From a virus (lineage: Duplodnaviria; Caudoviricetes), in IMG/VR virus record IMGVR_UViG_3300048881_000483, positions 1 to 40,333 of that record: 40,333 nucleotides of DNA, one strand, 5' to 3'. Below are positions 18,661-27,346 of the stretch, piece after piece. The notes beneath the pieces were generated by a model that saw only the letters and a program-made list of their open reading frames with translations, did not search any database and was not told where the DNA came from. Positions within the stretch are counted from its first letter, which is position 1; each line of letters begins with the position of its first letter. The translations under genes were made by a program, and so were the position numbers.

Positions 18661-19434
18661 TTAAGAGTTTCTTAATGCGTGTACTCTATCCATTGCCACT
18701 TCGAATTTTTTATCAGTTTCTTCGGTCCATTTGAAGTCGCCAATGCCTGGAACTGGTGCGGATGCGACAGCTTGTCCAGTAGCGAACTTTTGCTCAATTT
18801 CCGACTTGAGGCGATGATCTTTGATATCTTCTGCCTTGATCACTGTGTTTTCAGCTTCTAGCATCATGATTTTGCCCTTTTTAATTAGTCCATTGACTAT
18901 TAGATTATAGTCGTCTTGCTGGGTGTTCAAGTTATTTGTGTTTGTTTTATAACAAATATAAACAACTTCTTGTCCTGTGTGCCTGTCTAGATTAGCAGCA
19001 AACTTTATAGCTGATTTTGCGCACTCATTCTTTAGGAGGTCGCTAGCCGCATGAAATCCGCCTGAGCCGGATGTAAATGCTTTAACTTTATTAGACGCTA
19101 AACAATATAAAGCATGTTTTTGACCAGCATGGAAGATTACTTCGCTTGTGCTTAGGTCAATAATCGCAATATTGACTGCGTTTGTACCGTCAATTTCTGT
19201 CTGCGGCTTATCTTCTGCTTTTGCTTCGCCGCACCACCACTTCTTCCATTCTGCTATGAGTATCCCATTTCCTGCGGTTACTAAGGCAGTTTTTCCTACG
19301 AGTGATATCTTGTCAAAACCAGTATCATCGCAGAATAAGAAATAGTTAGCGCCGTCAGATAGTGTGATTTGTGAAGACCATCTTGTATCTGCGGTTATTA
19401 TTCTATGCGTAAGGTCGCAAACTGTGGTTGTCAT
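18661..19434 (-). CDS. Ntn-hydrolase (proteasome beta/HslV-like fold) protein
   Basis: N-terminal MTTT, ADTR motif, SGSGG..A motif, A..LD.HTG..V motif. Confidence 0.65.
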   Translation of the reverse strand: MTTTVCDLTHRIITADTRWSSQITLSDGANYFLFCDDTGFDKISLVGKTALVTAGNGILIAEWKKWWCGEAKAEDKPQTEIDGTNAVNIAIIDLSTSEVIFHAGQKHALYCLASNKVKAFTSGSGGFHAASDLLKNECAKSAIKFAANLDRHTGQEVVYICYKTNTNNLNTQQDDYNLIVNGLIKKGKIMMLEAENTVIKAEDIKDHRLKSEIEQKFATGQAVASAPVPGIGDFKWTEETDKKFEVAMDRVHALRNS

Positions 19435-19459
19435 TGATCAATTCCTTTTTTCGGGCGCG

Positions 19460-19488
19460 AGTATACTGTTTTGTTTGCCAGAGAGCAA
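19460..19488 (-). promoter_or_regulatory. Sigma70-like promoter TTGCTC-17-TATACT
   Basis: Near-consensus hexamers with a 17-bp spacer, just upstream of the Ntn-hydrolase gene. Confidence 0.65.
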
Positions 19489-19569
19489 AAATAGATAGGT
19501 ATGATTTGATTAATATCAGGTAAAAGCGTGTTTCATTTTTCTCTGTAATAGTTAGTTAATGGGATGAGT

Positions 19570-20088
19570 CTAGGTTTGATGCAGCTTTCTCCCTCTGATG
19601 TTCTCAGCTTTACATGCCCAAGCAATATCACAAATTTCGCGATCAAAAGCGCCCCAATCCTCAAAGTGGTCTGCGATCGCTGATCGTTGAGAGTCTAAAT
19701 CGACATCTATTGATGGCACCATAAAGTATCCAGGAGAGATTAAATGTTTCTGCTGCTGCAGATTGCAGAAGTCGAAAATCTCTTTTTCAATTAATCCGCA
19801 TACTTCGTCTTGTGTTTTAAAGTCGGGGTAGGGGATCAGTTTAGACTTGGCATAAGGTGATATATCGTTTTCACAAAAGGCAAAAATTAGTACGGTCCAT
19901 TGCTGCTTTTTGGAAAGTATATAGTTTAGATGTGCGTCACTTACTACGCCTTCACATTCGACTTCTTTTAGGCAATGTCCACCGGCCAGCCAAACTTGAT
20001 GTAGATTTTCGCGAAAAGCTTGTTGAAATTCTCTGGCTTTGTGTGCGTTTGGATTGTGTTTTTTAGTGCGCTTCTTCTTGGGCTTCAT
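19570..20088 (-). CDS. Phage hypothetical protein
   Basis: 172-aa ORF packed in the early operon; basic N-terminus KKRTKKHNP. Confidence 0.7.
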   Translation of the reverse strand: MKPKKKRTKKHNPNAHKAREFQQAFRENLHQVWLAGGHCLKEVECEGVVSDAHLNYILSKKQQWTVLIFAFCENDISPYAKSKLIPYPDFKTQDEVCGLIEKEIFDFCNLQQQKHLISPGYFMVPSIDVDLDSQRSAIADHFEDWGAFDREICDIAWACKAENIRGRKLHQT

Positions 20089-20093
20089 AATAA

Positions 20094-20336
20094 TTACTCT
20101 TGGTAATCAATTAGCGATCGGCCACAGTCGGGGCAATCGCAAGTTTCTTTTGTTCCGCCTTCCCAGTGGTGCTGGATTATTTCTGCATCTTCGTATTGAA
20201 CAAAATTGGTATATCCTGCAGGTTCGCGGCTTCTGTATTCTGCTCCGGTGTCACCAAAGAAAGGGACGTATTGCCCGATCAGGTTTGAATACCAGCGCAT
20301 TGGGTCGGGGCATTGTTTTATTAGTAATTGTTTCAT
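20094..20336 (-). CDS. Phage hypothetical protein with a C-terminal Cys cluster (CDCPDC)
   Basis: ATGA overlap with the upstream methyltransferase gene. Confidence 0.7.
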   Translation of the reverse strand: MKQLLIKQCPDPMRWYSNLIGQYVPFFGDTGAEYRSREPAGYTNFVQYEDAEIIQHHWEGGTKETCDCPDCGRSLIDYQE

Positions 20337-21226
20337 GCCGCGCGCCTATTGTTAAAATAACGCTTCATTTCAGTACCCAGCCAATAGCCAACGGGCTCAG
20401 ATACTCCATTGCCTATTTGCTTGTAAGCAGCGGTATCTGATACAGGGAAATTGAATTCATCACTCAAACCTTGAAGCCTTGCCCATTCACGTACTGAGTA
20501 CGGTCTAACTCCCATAGGAAATCGTTTATCAACAACTAATCGAGTGCTTTTATCTTTGGCGTAATGAGCAACGCAAGTCGGTGCAATATCGCCTCTGCTT
20601 GGGTCACTGATGATTGGTAGGTCTCTATACTTGCCGTTCATTCTGTTAGTGATTGCTTTTGGGCGTGTAACTCTTGGTTCGTCTTCTAGTATTTCAGCAA
20701 GACTAATCGGCTTGGTGTGTTTTGGTGGGCGAATATTAAAGCTCTTTTTACTGCCAATAATTATTAAGCGACTACGGCGTTGAGGTAGCCACACACTTGA
20801 TTCAATTGGGCAGAATACTTGAATATAATAATCTGGCATTCTTGTCATGGCCTCCATAACAACAGGAAAGGCTCTCATGCCAGGTACATTTTCAACCATA
20901 TAGAGTTCGGGGCGTGCGATCGCAAGGTGGCGTAATGAATGTAAAAATAAATCATCGCCTGTTCTGGTTTCATGAATGTCCGCGATGGTGCTGTATTTTG
21001 TGCAGGGGTAGGTAAATACCATAGCATCACAGCTGTCTTGCTCCATAACGAGTTCTTCGGAAATATCGCATTGCTTAATGTGTTTTCCAAAATTTTTACG
21101 GTATGTTTTACAAGCGTCTTTGTCGAGTTCAAAGGCTTGTTGAATGTTTATGCCTGCTCTAATTAAGCCTGCATCCATTAAACCAGCGCCACAGAAATAG
21201 CTGTTTACTGAGATCATAACTGCCAT
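20333..21226 (-). CDS. Orphan DNA cytosine-5 methyltransferase
   Basis: Motifs FCGAG, YPC, ENV, QRRSR, RLQG, QIGNGV. Confidence 0.93.
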   Translation of the reverse strand: MAVMISVNSYFCGAGLMDAGLIRAGINIQQAFELDKDACKTYRKNFGKHIKQCDISEELVMEQDSCDAMVFTYPCTKYSTIADIHETRTGDDLFLHSLRHLAIARPELYMVENVPGMRAFPVVMEAMTRMPDYYIQVFCPIESSVWLPQRRSRLIIIGSKKSFNIRPPKHTKPISLAEILEDEPRVTRPKAITNRMNGKYRDLPIISDPSRGDIAPTCVAHYAKDKSTRLVVDKRFPMGVRPYSVREWARLQGLSDEFNFPVSDTAAYKQIGNGVSEPVGYWLGTEMKRYFNNRRAA

Positions 21227-21474
21227 CCTGCATAGGCGCTTTCGCGGTTACTTTTCATAATTACGTGAGCACGATCGGCCTTGGACTGGCTGAAAACAAA
21301 GCGACTAATTTTTACGGCTAATAACTCTGCGCGGCGGGGTGATCTTGCGCGTACATAACGCTTATCTATGTAATTATCACGTTTATCTTTCACGTAGCAT
21401 TCATATAGTGCTGGGTTATGCTCTGCTGGGGTGGCTTCAATCATTTCTTGAATGCGTTCGGGGGTGGTGCTCAT
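21214..21474 (-). CDS. Hypothetical protein
   Basis: Overlaps both neighbouring genes. Confidence 0.6.
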   Translation of the reverse strand: MSTTPERIQEMIEATPAEHNPALYECYVKDKRDNYIDKRYVRARSPRRAELLAVKISRFVFSQSKADRAHVIMKSNRESAYAGWQL

Positions 21475-21761
21475 GCGGCTTTTCCTTTCTGCATCTTTTT
21501 TAGTCCGCGCTTGCGTGAAGTGGCAAGGCTTTGCTTTTTCTTGTTTGCAGCTTGATCGATCGCTACGGGTTTGTATTGGGCGCTTTCGTAATCAGGTACT
21601 TCTTGAATAACGCCGCCACCGTTTAAAAATGCTTGAATCTGTGCATTTAGTTCTTCGCGTTGCTTGTGTGCGTGGCTTGAATTTGGTGGTGTGTATTCCT
21701 TGTTTCTTGGTGAGCTGCTCATGCTCGTGCTCCTGAAGTATGCTCGTTCATCTTTTTCCAC
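21471..21761 (-). CDS. Small protein with a SutA-like motif
   Basis: REELNAQIQAFLNGGGVIQEVP. Confidence 0.6.
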   Translation of the reverse strand: MEKDERAYFRSTSMSSSPRNKEYTPPNSSHAHKQREELNAQIQAFLNGGGVIQEVPDYESAQYKPVAIDQAANKKKQSLATSRKRGLKKMQKGKAA

Positions 21762-21985
21762 TCGGCTCGTGCGGTGGCTGCTTGAATATCTAAGTATTCT
21801 GCCCAGTCTGAGGCGTTACAAAAGTATCCAGCCTTCGTCGCTTTCTTGTAGAAAGGAACAGGTAGTTCATGGCCAGCGGCTTTTCGTTTAGCCTGGGCGA
21901 TGCTTAGGCCAAATTGATCGCATAGCTTTTCTAATGGAATCTCTGCTGATTCAAATTGAGCCATGACTAAAAATAATGTATTCAT
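21719..21985 (-). CDS. PrtN (pyocin activator)-family protein, candidate excisionase/regulator
   Basis: MNT.FL.MAQF....IPLE..C and LPVPF...D.AEYLD...AR.EW motifs. Confidence 0.8.
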   Translation of the reverse strand: MNTLFLVMAQFESAEIPLEKLCDQFGLSIAQAKRKAAGHELPVPFYKKATKAGYFCNASDWAEYLDIQAATARAEWKKMNEHTSGARA

Positions 21986-22896
21986 GCTGGCTGCTCCTGT
22001 GTGTGCTGAATGCGTTTAAATCGTTGGCCTTCGCGGGTGACAATCTTCATTTCTGTCAGTTGATCAAAGATGAGTTTGGCGCGATCGTGGCGAATGTTGT
22101 GGGCTGTCATTACGGCTCTAACACTTGGTTTCTCACCGTATTTATTCGCCTTAATTTCTTCTGCAACTGTTATGGCAAGTTCGCAGTGAACTGTTTTTTC
22201 AGTGATGATATTTTTAACTTCTTCGCTAATAAGCTCATGCCTGCTTCCTCGTTCCCAATACATGGGTTTTGTTGGTGTGATGTTGGCAAAGCAAAGCATC
22301 GGGCAAATATCAATTAGAGCTGCAAGTAATCCCCAAAAAAACCAACGTAAGAAGCTGAGGTTGTTGGCTATTGTGCTGCCAGCATTGTTGCTGGTGATTT
22401 TAAATTGGCTTATTTCGCGAGTGAGTTTTTCAATTTTATATTCTGTCTGCTCGGCTTGGCGTAGGGTAGATTTTGCGCGGGCTCTAAATTCTGCGGCGGT
22501 GTCTGCGGCAGCATTTTTGTTGAGTGTTGCCAGCTTTGTATTAAGTGATGCTAGGTGCTTTACTTTTTGGTTGTAAACTACATCGCTTTTTAATTCTGTT
22601 TTATTGTTGGCTTGATAGCTTGATTCTAACCACGCAATTGTTGCTGCACCGCTTGTGATAAATAAAACGAATACTGTTAATTTGTGTGCGTGCTTAATTG
22701 CTCCTGCGTGATCTTTACGGGCGCTAAAGAAAAGGTATTGGCAGGCAACAAGTGCTGAAGCAATGATGGCTGTAATTACCTGGTTGGTAATACCGTTAAC
22801 AAACGAACTCCAGAATACCGCACTGAAGTAAATCGAAACCATTGCTAGCAACGAACCTGCAATTAGAAATGGTATGTCTTTTAAAGTAGGGTTCAT
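21982..22896 (-). CDS. Multi-pass membrane protein with a coiled coil and a C-terminal FtsK-gamma-like winged helix
   Basis: 3 TM + coiled coil + 1 TM; PSVRAVM..HNIRHDRAKLIFDQL.EM.IV. Confidence 0.65.
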   Translation of the reverse strand: MNPTLKDIPFLIAGSLLAMVSIYFSAVFWSSFVNGITNQVITAIIASALVACQYLFFSARKDHAGAIKHAHKLTVFVLFITSGAATIAWLESSYQANNKTELKSDVVYNQKVKHLASLNTKLATLNKNAAADTAAEFRARAKSTLRQAEQTEYKIEKLTREISQFKITSNNAGSTIANNLSFLRWFFWGLLAALIDICPMLCFANITPTKPMYWERGSRHELISEEVKNIITEKTVHCELAITVAEEIKANKYGEKPSVRAVMTAHNIRHDRAKLIFDQLTEMKIVTREGQRFKRIQHTQEQPA

Positions 22897-23105
22897 GCTG
22901 CTTTCCCTGTTTTTACGTCGACTTCAACTAGCTGGTAAATGGGTTGGCCGTAATCTTTAACAACGATACCGTGAAGAGTGGTTGGGAAAAAATGACCATC
23001 ACAAAAAACAAGGCTTGCAGAGTTTGTGATTTCTTCAGGTTGCATTTTTCGCAACGAAAATAGTTCAGGTGTTTCTGGCATTGGTGGTTGTTGGTTTTGC
23101 ATCAT
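22893..23105 (-). CDS. Hypothetical protein
   Basis: ATGA overlap with the downstream gene. Confidence 0.5.
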   Translation of the reverse strand: MMQNQQPPMPETPELFSLRKMQPEEITNSASLVFCDGHFFPTTLHGIVVKDYGQPIYQLVEVDVKTGKAA

Positions 23106-23130
23106 AATTTCCCAATTATTTATTTAGTGC

Positions 23131-23730
23131 TTAGCGATCGTTAGCGATGAAGTGCAGTAAATCGACGGTGGCTCGAACGTCGGCCATCGCTCTATGTGCT
23201 TTGCCTTGAAATTGAATACCAGCGATCTCGCAGCAGCGGGCAAGGGATAGGCGGCTGAACTGAGAGTGTCCAGGTTTCCAAATTCCGTAGTCTTTTATAA
23301 AGTGACGGTTAGCTAATTCCATAACGCACAATTGAGCGCCCATAGCGTGCTCGATGAGTTCGTTGCAAAGGTCGTTGGCTGCGGCAGTTTGTAATAAAAT
23401 CCGGTTGTCATAGTGCAGGTTGAATGCGGTTAGCTTCTTATCGTTAGTGTTAGCAGCATTGGTTAGTTGTGCAATGACTGAGGCGGCACGCGGGGCATTC
23501 TTTAATTCTTTAATGCCAATTCCATGGACCTTGTATGCACCTTCAGGAATCTCTCCCCAGTCGCAATGAATAAGGGTGTCGATGATGGCTGTGCCTGTCT
23601 GTGCATCCGCAGCGGCTAATTCAATGGCGATGTCGTCATCGTTTAGGCCAGTTGTCTCGGTGTCGATCACAATGCAATTATCAATAATGTATTGCGCGTG
23701 ATCTTGTGTGCTGAAGGGTTGAGTATTCAA
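23131..23730 (-). CDS. DEDDh 3'-5' exonuclease (DnaQ-like)
   Basis: IDTETTGL, AFN..YD, AHRAMAD. Confidence 0.9.
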   Translation of the reverse strand: MNTQPFSTQDHAQYIIDNCIVIDTETTGLNDDDIAIELAAADAQTGTAIIDTLIHCDWGEIPEGAYKVHGIGIKELKNAPRAASVIAQLTNAANTNDKKLTAFNLHYDNRILLQTAAANDLCNELIEHAMGAQLCVMELANRHFIKDYGIWKPGHSQFSRLSLARCCEIAGIQFQGKAHRAMADVRATVDLLHFIANDR

Positions 23731-23744
23731 AATTATCTACCTTT

Positions 23745-23777
23745 AAAAAATGCCGCCCCCTTTTCTCGGGTGGCGGC
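23745..23777 (-). terminator. Intrinsic terminator in the early operon
   Basis: GCCGCC stem with a T tract on the minus strand. Confidence 0.6.
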
Positions 23778-23795
23778 GCGTTTAATTTCAGTGAT

Positions 23796-24635
23796 TTAGC
23801 GAGGTGCGTTGCCCATAAGGAAGGTGCAGCCGTTCACTTGCTCTTTGATTTGTTTCAGGGTGTCTTTAACAGCATCTTCAATACACTTTTGTGGGCGAAC
23901 TAGGTCGTACCACATAATTAAACCAGCGTTAGAAATGCGATAGCGGAAGCGGGCTTTGCGTTCGTATGCAGGGCCGCCTTGAAACGGTTGAAGTTGAACG
24001 GTGATTTCAGTTGGGATCGCTAGTTGGCCGTTTTTGCCAGCCTTACCGTCGATTACTTCGTTGTAAGCAAATTGCGTTTCGCCATTGTCTAATTTAATGG
24101 CGCTGCTGAAATCGTGCTTGTTGGTTGCTTGTAGGCTTCCGGCAATCTCAAGCATTTGAGCGCCTTGAGGATTGGTGATTTCTTCTGCGTTGTCTTCAAT
24201 AAATAATGCGAATTCGGTCTGATCCATTTTTTGACCAGAGTTGCGCATCCATGTACTCCATTCTGGAGTTTTAGGGCATTGATATGTTACGCGATGGTGG
24301 CCATGCTGCGGGTCGTTGTCGGCGCGATGGTAGTCGATAATGGCAACAAATCTTGCATCATGTAGATTGATGAAAATCATGGTGTCGTCATCAGCAAATT
24401 TATTAACGTATTCAGCAAATGATTGTGCGTCGTGTACTGTTACGTCTGTTTCGCAATGCAGTGGTGCTGGTAGAAGTTTTTCAAACAGTTCGGTGTTTGG
24501 TTTGCTGTCTTTGTGCGTTACAAGGATTTCTGAAGTTTTGCCGTTGGGTAATGCAAGTTCAACGATTTGGTTATGTTCGCGGCCTTGGTTAAACGCAGCA
24601 GCGATGTCTGAATAGTTGTTTTGGTTCTGGTCCAT
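23796..24635 (-). CDS. DUF2303 (YfdQ-like) family protein
   Basis: SF..YV, AIIDYH, EW..W, Q.EFA.FIED, ARFRYRI motifs. Confidence 0.85.
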   Translation of the reverse strand: MDQNQNNYSDIAAAFNQGREHNQIVELALPNGKTSEILVTHKDSKPNTELFEKLLPAPLHCETDVTVHDAQSFAEYVNKFADDDTMIFINLHDARFVAIIDYHRADNDPQHGHHRVTYQCPKTPEWSTWMRNSGQKMDQTEFALFIEDNAEEITNPQGAQMLEIAGSLQATNKHDFSSAIKLDNGETQFAYNEVIDGKAGKNGQLAIPTEITVQLQPFQGGPAYERKARFRYRISNAGLIMWYDLVRPQKCIEDAVKDTLKQIKEQVNGCTFLMGNAPR

Positions 24636-24679
24636 GATGGATTCCTTTATTTAAGTTTTAGCTAAGGTTGAAGCGGGTG

Positions 24680-25051
24680 TTAAACCGCTTTGATTTGTGG
24701 TTTTTCTTCAGCCAGCTTTTTGGCTTGTGTTGTGGTGTCTTCTACTACGCGAATATCCAGATCGCCTTGTGCTGGATCGGTACGCTGTAAATTGCCTTCA
24801 GGTGTGCCAAAAAACAGAGTTTTGGCTCGATCAAACTTGGGAAGATTGACGTTCATTTGATCTTCTAAAAAGTACTGCCCGCTAGCGCCGTCAGGGCGCA
24901 CTTTAATTTTTAAGGTGATTTCTCCTACCTTATTGGTATCGCGGCAGGCTTGAACTAGTTCGTTCAATGCTTCGCTTAGTTCTTGTTGTGTGCGGCCGTT
25001 GTTAAGTTGTGCAACGGTGGCGTTAAATAGATCGGGTCTTGCTTGGCTCAT
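24680..25051 (-). CDS. Conserved phage protein typically paired with DUF2303
   Basis: ELSEAL.ELV.A...T.K.G.ITL.I.V.P...FF.TPEGNL.R.DP.Q motif. Confidence 0.8.
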   Translation of the reverse strand: MSQARPDLFNATVAQLNNGRTQQELSEALNELVQACRDTNKVGEITLKIKVRPDGASGQYFLEDQMNVNLPKFDRAKTLFFGTPEGNLQRTDPAQGDLDIRVVEDTTTQAKKLAEEKPQIKAV

Positions 25052-25134
25052 GGTTGTTACCTCGGTTTCGTTTAAATTGTATTGCCGGAAGCGTCCTGCT
25101 TCGTCGGTGGCTAGCCGTACTGCTATAGCGGGTG

Positions 25135-25422
25135 CTATGTATTCTTTTCTTGCGACTCTGCTCTGTGGCTGTCGCAGGCATTCCGAGCTTCTTGTGGGTC
25201 GGTGAATATGCCTAAAAATTTGTAGTTACTGTTGTTGCTGTTTTTCGAGTTGGCTGGCTTCGAGATCGTAGCGAAGCTTTCGTAAGACAGTGTTCCCATC
25301 TGCCGAACGACTGCGATGTGGTATCCGCTGGGTTGGCTCACAAATAGATACGTGTTTGAACGTTTCCAATTCAGTGGTATCGACGCCTGCTGCAATGAAT
25401 GACTCGTTGATTCTGATTTCAT
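25135..25422 (-). CDS. Phage hypothetical protein
   Basis: W.R...GY.I...Y...LG.F....EA..AC..H pattern; overlaps the upstream ORF. Confidence 0.55.
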   Translation of the reverse strand: MKSESTSHSLQQASIPLNWKRSNTYLFVSQPSGYHIAVVRQMGTLSYESFATISKPANSKNSNNSNYKFLGIFTDPQEARNACDSHRAESQEKNT

Positions 25423-25594
25423 ATTCTTGCTCTAGGGCACGTTGTACTAATGCCAGTTTTGTATTGGTTGCATTGATTTGTCGTAACAGTTGCTTGTTGG
25501 CTTTGCGTAGCTCGCAACAGTTGTCTTGCAGTTTTGTAACGGTTTCAGTGAGCGTTGCGATTTGTTCTATGCATTCATCTAATGTTGCGGTCAT
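25226..25594 (-). CDS. Coiled-coil protein, first gene of the leftward operon
   Basis: RBS AGGAG; heptad pattern in the first 60 aa. Confidence 0.6.
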   Translation of the reverse strand: MTATLDECIEQIATLTETVTKLQDNCCELRKANKQLLRQINATNTKLALVQRALEQEYEIRINESFIAAGVDTTELETFKHVSICEPTQRIPHRSRSADGNTVLRKLRYDLEASQLEKQQQQ

Positions 25595-25642
25595 GCTTTG
25601 CTCCTGATTGATCCGTTTGCGATCGGTTAAAAATAACGTGCT

Positions 25643-25701
25643 ATGCGTTTATGCATTGCATAATGCATAAGTGCTTTTTTAATGTCAATGCGTAAATGCA
25701 T
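25643..25701 (-). promoter_or_regulatory. OL/PL-like region: ATGC-N6-GCAT operators and promoter TTGACA-17-CATTAT
   Basis: Operator-like sites at 25643, 25663 and 25688; CAATGCGTAAATGCAT at 25686 is identical to 27074. Confidence 0.7.
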
Positions 25702-25760
25702 TTTTTATTAGATATTTGCATTGATAGACTTAGGCGCTTAATGAATAGGGAGGTTTAGGT

Positions 25761-26402
25761 GTGTTGAAAATTGGTTGTTTATGCCTAGTGATGGTTGGGC
25801 TTTTGGGTTGTGCGCCTGCAAAATTGTTGTTGAATGAAACATATCCTGGTGGGGTTACTAGTCGGGAGGGGGAGTTCGACGGCTTGGATCAAGTCCAAAT
25901 GAAGCCCGCTTTTGTATTTTTGAATTCTGCTTCATTGGATACTTCGATCGTGAAGTTAGGGGTGCGGTGGACTAGCGCAGCGGGTGGTGGTTATCGCCTG
26001 ATAACGCAGATTGATAAGCCTCAATGGTTTAGAAGCTCTAAGGATTTGTTATTGAAAATAGACGGTATCGAGCATCGGTTGAAGCCTGCGCATTCAAATA
26101 GACCTGGTGAATCCTTGCTAGATAGTATTTTAATCAATAACGGTGTTGCAGAAACGCTGGCAACGACTGCGGTTGTGCGCAAGGAGTATGTGGTGAGTGA
26201 GCAAGTGTTGCGGTCAATGTTACAGGCGGATCAGGTACTGGGGCGGGTTCACGCTTTGCGGGGCATGGTTGATTTTACACTGAAGTCGAATGCGGTTGAT
26301 GTGCGAGATGTGTTATTTATATCTCAGTTGTTCTCATACCAGTTAAAGAATTTCTTTAAGCGGTTAGATGGGGTTAGTCTTCAGGCATCCACATACCAAT
26401 AA
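25761..26402 (+). CDS. Putative lipoprotein
   Basis: RBS GGAGG; signal peptide with lipobox LLG-C. Confidence 0.7.
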   Translation: MLKIGCLCLVMVGLLGCAPAKLLLNETYPGGVTSREGEFDGLDQVQMKPAFVFLNSASLDTSIVKLGVRWTSAAGGGYRLITQIDKPQWFRSSKDLLLKIDGIEHRLKPAHSNRPGESLLDSILINNGVAETLATTAVVRKEYVVSEQVLRSMLQADQVLGRVHALRGMVDFTLKSNAVDVRDVLFISQLFSYQLKNFFKRLDGVSLQASTYQ

Positions 26403-27042
26403 CAAGGCCTTTAATTTCAAACTCTTTTGTTATTAACGGGTATTGAAGGTTGATGGACTGTAAATAACGCTGTCCGTCGGCCTCGCCAAACTGCTTGAAA
26501 GAAGGAATTGTGCTTTCAATCATGGCGTATACTCGGTCGCCATTTTTCGCGTGTTCTGCGCGGGCTGGGTCGATGAATATGATGCAGCCTTCAGGGTAAC
26601 TTCTGCCGTACTGCGCGGTCATGGTGTTGTCTTTGACTCGTGTGGCAAACGTTTTTGGGCTATGCGGAATGGGGCAAACAATTTTTAATGGATTGATCAT
26701 GGTGGTGCCTGCTGCCAGTAAATCCCACTCTATGAGCGGCACACCTTGCTGCTCTAATAGGTCGTCGTAGCTTACCTGCTGGTTTCTAGGCTCTTTTCTG
26801 TGTTCTTCTTTACTTCCTTCGATTAAATAGCTGTACGTCACGCCAAGTGCGTTGGCGATCTTTTCAACTGTTTGCGCGCGTGGGCTGGCTATCTCGCCAG
26901 TGATTACGCGATGAAGGGTCGATTGTGAGGTTTTGGCCAGCTTTGCGGCCTCTGTCTCACTCAAACCTTTCTCTTTTAGTAGCGCTGCTATTCGTGTTTT
27001 CAAATTGTTTTCATCCATAAATGCATTATCAAGCATAAACAA
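26374..27042 (-). CDS. cI: CI-like repressor (HTH + S24 domain; likely start ATG 27018)
   Basis: HTH LSETEAAKLAKTSQSTLHRVITG; VPLI.W...AG; PEG.II.IDP; FKQF; divergent from a cro-like gene. Confidence 0.9.
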   Translation of the reverse strand: MFMLDNAFMDENNLKTRIAALLKEKGLSETEAAKLAKTSQSTLHRVITGEIASPRAQTVEKIANALGVTYSYLIEGSKEEHRKEPRNQQVSYDDLLEQQGVPLIEWDLLAAGTTMINPLKIVCPIPHSPKTFATRVKDNTMTAQYGRSYPEGCIIFIDPARAEHAKNGDRVYAMIESTIPSFKQFGEADGQRYLQSINLQYPLITKEFEIKGLVIGMWMPED

Positions 27043-27089
27043 GTTGCATCAAAATGCATTTATGCTTATGATCCAATGCGTAAATGCAT
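27013..27089. promoter_or_regulatory. OR/PR-like region: ATGC-N6-GCAT operators and promoter TTGCAT(27044)-17-TATGAT(27067)
   Basis: Operator-like 14-mers at 27013, 27054 and 27076. Confidence 0.75.
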
Positions 27090-27102
27090 AGGAGCATGAA
27101 AA

Positions 27103-27309
27103 ATGAAATCTGAAATTCATGTATCAAACATGGTTTCTCAGCTAGTTGAAGGCGATGTGCCTGTCAGTGAGATTGCTGATGTAGTGGGTGTGGCTAATTC
27201 AACAATTACTCGTATTCAGGGTAAAAAAGTTGATCCGCGTTATTCGCACTTTGTGAAAATCAGAGATTTGTGGAAAGAACGAATCGGTTCTAATTCTGAC
27301 AAATATTGA
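27103..27309 (+). CDS. cro: Cro-like HTH protein
   Basis: EIADVVGVANSTITRI...DPRY; divergent from cI. Confidence 0.8.
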   Translation: MKSEIHVSNMVSQLVEGDVPVSEIADVVGVANSTITRIQGKKVDPRYSHFVKIRDLWKERIGSNSDKY

Positions 27310-27346
27310 TTTTATTAATACGTTTTTTTTGTAGAGATTTAACGCT

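Noticed and set aside
20333-21226. Complete type II R-M system
   Set aside because: No neighbouring gene is recognisable as a restriction endonuclease; treated as an orphan MTase
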